Origin: Trichosphaerium sp. ATCC 40318
Taxonomy: Eukaryota; Protista; Tubulinea
Direction of reading: 5' to 3'
NCBI GenBank assembly: GCA_038496445.1
Contig: JALMLS010000138.1
Coordinates: 124,001-188,000, forward strand
Length of the DNA: 64,000 nucleotides
In this document: piece after piece, positions 59,824-64,000 of the stretch
Position numbering within the stretch: the stretch's first letter is position 1
Layout of the letters: each line of letters starts with the position of its first letter
The notes under the pieces: generated by a model
What the model was told of the DNA's origin: nothing
Seen by the model: the letters and a program-made list of their open reading frames with translations, nothing else
Databases searched by the model: none
Position numbers and translations under genes: made by a program

Positions 59824-61391
59824 CATTCAAGTTTGCAACAGAACTAACAAAACTGACAGATCGTAATTTCTGTTAGTTTTTGCAAGTTCTGTCAGATTTT
59901 GATAGTTCTTGCAAGAACTGGCAGCTTTGATAGCAACTTGTGGAACCAATGCAATGTGAATGCACATTTATAACTCGTGACAACGTACCTTGCCACGCTT
60001 CATTAAGGCAAGACAAAAGTAATGTGTCAAAGGTACATCATCTAACAAGACGATCGCAATATTTTACTACAGTGCGCTCTCATTACTCACCCCAAGGAAC
60101 CATAAAACGGGTACAAATCAATATTGCTGTTTTACATCTGGCGGGTTCATAAGAAAAAAACTCCCGGTTCATTCGAATTTCAACTTTTTTCAACGCAACC
60201 ATACACACAGCAGTCAACTTTTAATTGTTTGTTTCTTTTTTACAGGTATGGGAATCATGCTCAATATTGTATACAAACAGCAAAATCTCATATTGAAGCA
60301 TTTGATAGGCCAGGACATGACGAAATTCACAGCGTCCACATTTTTCTGTTTTTTTTAGCAGTGTCCCTGAATTGATCACGCACCACCTGAGATAATACAA
60401 AATAACGTGATATGGTTGGTGTATAGGCAAGTGACGTAGAGTGTTCATTACAAGACCCCATTGAGAATATCAATGTCATTAAATGAGTGACATACATTTC
60501 CCGCGAACTGAAATTTGAGAGTTTAGTAATGCACACTTGTAGTCATTGTAAGACTCTAAAATGTCTGCAAGATTAGTGCTAGGGCAATAAAATAGATGTG
60601 GCTTCAGTTATGGATCTTTGGAGTTGTCACATAATACACATGCAGTGACACGCAAAATTCAAGCAACCGGGCAGACACTTAAATACGTACCCTTTGTGTT
60701 GAATCCAACGTCGCGCCTATAGAATGGTCGTTTTTTGAAACTTTCGCTACTAAAATCGTTAGTACGATAAACGAAGTGTTGTAGAAGGATCCTTTACGAA
60801 TTGTAACGCGTGATAAGTTGTGTACAAGCTTGTTAAACCAGAAAATGTTGTAATGTACACTAAACGACACGCCATGACAAACTACGTACTGTTTTTATGC
60901 CATGTGATTAAGTCGTATGAATGGGATATTAAGGCTTAGGATCTCGGCAGTACATGTTACTTACTAGCACCACGAATACTGGCACATTCAGGCGTAAAGA
61001 GGAGTATTAAACGTTAAAACCTCAAAGAAAATTCCAAGCGCTTCCAAAGTATATGGCGCTGAGTGTACGGTGTTAACATGGTATAATACCCCGTTTTGGA
61101 GTATAGTAGACACTTTTGTACCTTAGAGGTCATCAGAGACGTCAACAGAACTACATGCGCTAATGTACTTAAAAAATATTTTATTTAATAGGTGGTTAAA
61201 AACACGTGGTCGCAATAATATGTATGTTGTAGACGTGGATTTTACTACCAGAACTGACAATATCCGCCAGATCTTGTAGTTTTTGATACATTGCAAGAAC
61301 TAGCAAGATCTTGTAAGACTGTCAGATCTGACTAAACACGAAAACCAAAACTCATAAAGCGAAAAGTTGCAACGTTTTGCAAACTTGAATG
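59824..61391. repeat. Inverted 15-bp repeat pair with internal ~10-nt subrepeats; possible non-autonomous DNA transposon
   Basis: cattcaagtttgcaa (59824-59838) and ttgcaaacttgaatg (61377-61391). Each is flanked internally by gcaagaact/ctgacaga-type motifs in both orientations. Confidence 0.35.
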
Positions 61392-61997
61392 GGGAACAAC
61401 AAGGTTTGATCAAACAATTGTTATGATCTATCAACAGAGCAGTGTGTTCAAAACTTTATTTGTCCAATTAATCAAGAATCTCTATTAAAGGATGAACTCT
61501 GTTTCTGTTGTCGCTGAGGTGGTAAGGTTTCACGAAAACTCGTTAAGAAGCTAATAACATTTCTAGCTCCACAGCCTTGCAAATACGCTACGTGTCCTTT
61601 TCTACGCGCAATACGTATCTGAGGCCTAGTCACTTTTATCTACACGAAATGTGCAACTTGTACGCTCAAACGGTAGAGTACGTTAGCGCAGTAGCAATAC
61701 ATGGTATAGTAAACAAATGACCTAACGACAATAACGCTATTCGAAAAAATAGAAATGACAGCAGATAAAGGGCATTAACGCAGCCAGCATATCGTGCTTT
61801 TTCCAGGATACTTAAGTTAAACACGATTGGTGTTGACCTTTAACTTCCACGCCAAATTAGTAAAAGGGTTGCAACATAAGCTACACGTTGCATTTAGGTA
61901 AGCGCTATGCCGCGGAGTATAGAACTGTGGTTTGTTTGTTACTTATCGTAACTACTTCGCAACCTCTTTGTACTTGTTCTAACGGAGTTAGCGTACG

Positions 61998-63806
61998 ATG
62001 AATTTAATAGTTGGAGTTGTAGTTGTAGTTTGTTTGTTTGCTGGAACGAACGCACAACTGCCTTGCAACCAATTCAACGATGGTAGATGTACCAATAACA
62101 CTTGTCTTGCAGATTCCTCAACTTGCCAAACGTGTTGCAGTTAGTAGCTTAGTTTGTAGCCTTATTCTTAGCATATTTAGTTCGTCCAGAAGACATTGGC
62201 TCCTCAACACTGGGTGTTTGTTACCAATACCTCAATCCAACAGCCCAAATATGCGACGAGAACTTTCAAGTGTGCGAATCTATACCCACGGACCCCAATG
62301 ATCCTACCATATGCTTTGCTGGTATCCATAGGAACGTTTCTCAATGTTACGATCCTACGTCGCAACAATGCTTTGAGGGGGAAATTTGTGATGGCTTAAA
62401 CAGTGATTATTGCCCTCCAGGTTAGCTTTTTTGTTACCGTTTTCAGTTTTTCAGTATAATCAGTGTAACAATATTAGCTTTAAGTGGAGGCCCTGGTGGT
62501 TGTTTTATCCCTTCATCACAATCTTGTCTTTCTGGTAGAATATGTGACGGAACAGACGCCGCTTTCTGTCAATCCGGAGATACTTTCGCAGACGAAATCT
62601 GTTTCAGACAAAACTCACAAACTTGCACCAACTTAGGAAATGGTATCAAGCCGCAAGTTTGCGATGGATTAAGCTCCCAATACTGCCCTGGTAAGTATTT
62701 TGTATAAAATGAAAAAAAACCGCTAACGATGTAAAGCTGATAATGGAGATCCTGTCACATATCCTGGAGGTTGTTATGACCGAAGCAACCAGTCCTGTAC
62801 AAACGGATTTATATGTCCTGGTGTGAACCAAGGTCATTGCAGGACAGCCAACGCAACTGTAGGAGGTTGTTATGATCTTGCAAGCGAACTGTGTCTTTCC
62901 CAGTTTATTTGTCCTTTTGGCGAAACTTTGTGTCCAGGTACGCACTTCATGCCAAGCCAACACATACTTACTCGTTATAGTCGGTCGTTTCCCAGGAGGT
63001 TGTTATGACCCTGACGTAAACAGTTGTCTTGATGGTTTAACGGAATGTCTTAAAGAAGAGTTTATTTGTGAAGGTATAAAAGTAAAACTACAACAGTTAC
63101 TTAACGGATTATGAAGCGGGTTCTTTTGGTACCAATTATACTTGCTTCAACCTTCAGAATGAGAGCTGTATCAGTGGAGCAATATGTAATAGATCATCAA
63201 ATTATTGCCCAGGTAGCGTAGACGATAAAACAGAACTGCAAACTAATATACGGTTACTAGGTGCTGATGTTTGTTTTGATCCTAGCATTTATAGTTGCTT
63301 TAATGGAGAGCTTTGCATTGCCGGTGTAAATTGTTTCGTTGGTATGTCTTTTTTTGATGGATATGATGTTATTTACCGAAATATGTAGATGAGTTTCCAA
63401 CACTTTCGCCAACAGAGAAACCTACACCACCTCCTACAATAGCTCCTACAACACTACCTCCTACGACCGAGGCACCATCTACAGAAGCGCCTACAACTGT
63501 AGCGCCCACCGCAGCTGCAGATGAGACCTTAGGGAACCAAATTAATGCGATGTGGCTGATTCTTTTGGTTGCAACTATTTGTGCGTAATTTTTATTTTTT
63601 GCTGAGCTAACTGCTGCAGTGTTTTGTGTGTTTATTGTAGGCATGGGTTATTGCTTGAAAAGATTAAGATCCGGAGAGAGTCAAAAGAGTAACCCAGATA
63701 TTTATGTTGCCTTAGATAACATCAACTAGGCTACGAGCAACAAGACATTGAACTGGATAATGAAGGTGCACTATACGAGCCTGATGGAGGATACGATAGG
63801 GAGTGA
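61998..63806 (+). CDS. Type I membrane protein with multiple Cys repeats (CYDP....C..G.IC), Pro/Thr stalk, TM and Tyr-containing tail
   Basis: Signal MNLIVGVVVVVCLFAGTNA; QCYDPTSQQCFEGEICDG, GGCYDRSNQSC, GGCYDLASELC, GGCYDPDVNSC; PTT stalk; WLILLVATIC; ..YEPDGGYDRE*. Confidence 0.8.
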
Positions 63807-64000
63807 ATGTACCTTATTAATTTAAAAAGAATAAAAAGTTAGAATTGTTATGTTGAAAGCCGTTTTGTGTTAGAAGCACCTCTCTTGCAGAGACGAATTT
63901 GATTCAATATAGAGTAGTATAGTCCTCTAGCATCGAGAACTACGTCTTAAACAGAAGCAGATGACTCATTGTGTGAGCAAGGTTGAATTTTAAGAGGTTC

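Noticed and set aside
1-64000. tRNA, rRNA, CRISPR or prokaryotic operon/defence systems
   Set aside because: None recognised. The DNA is clearly spliceosomal-intron-containing eukaryotic sequence. Small ncRNAs cannot be excluded without a covariance-model search.

Overview
AT-rich (roughly 35% GC by eye), intron-dense nuclear DNA from a eukaryote, probably a protist. The genetic code is standard, most introns are about 45-100 nt, and GTACGT-type donors are common. The six-frame ORF track is therefore mostly exon fragments or antisense shadows, and I assembled the gene models by hand from GT/GC-AG splice sites. Contents in order: three copies of a 10-Cys prepropeptide; an F-box fused to a degenerate EF1A/HBS1-like GTPase; a reeler protein carrying an internal signal peptide followed by an LPMO-like His-brace domain; a tetraspanin-like gene; DUF4291; a family of intronless F-box genes; a mucin; RCC1; a Ste20 kinase; F-box-NHL; a GC-rich intronless orphan; a 7-exon H2B-H2A.Z fusion histone; five tandem PA-domain 7TM receptor genes; an Arf GTPase with Gln-to-Arg in switch II; an ankyrin/F-box gene; and a cluster of Cys-repeat surface proteins. 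The strongest finding is the spliced single-chain H2B-H2A.Z histone doublet (31096-32191, minus strand, 222 aa), which the ORF track does not show. Several single-base frameshifts fall in homopolymers and may be assembly errors. All family assignments come from motif recognition; no searches were run.
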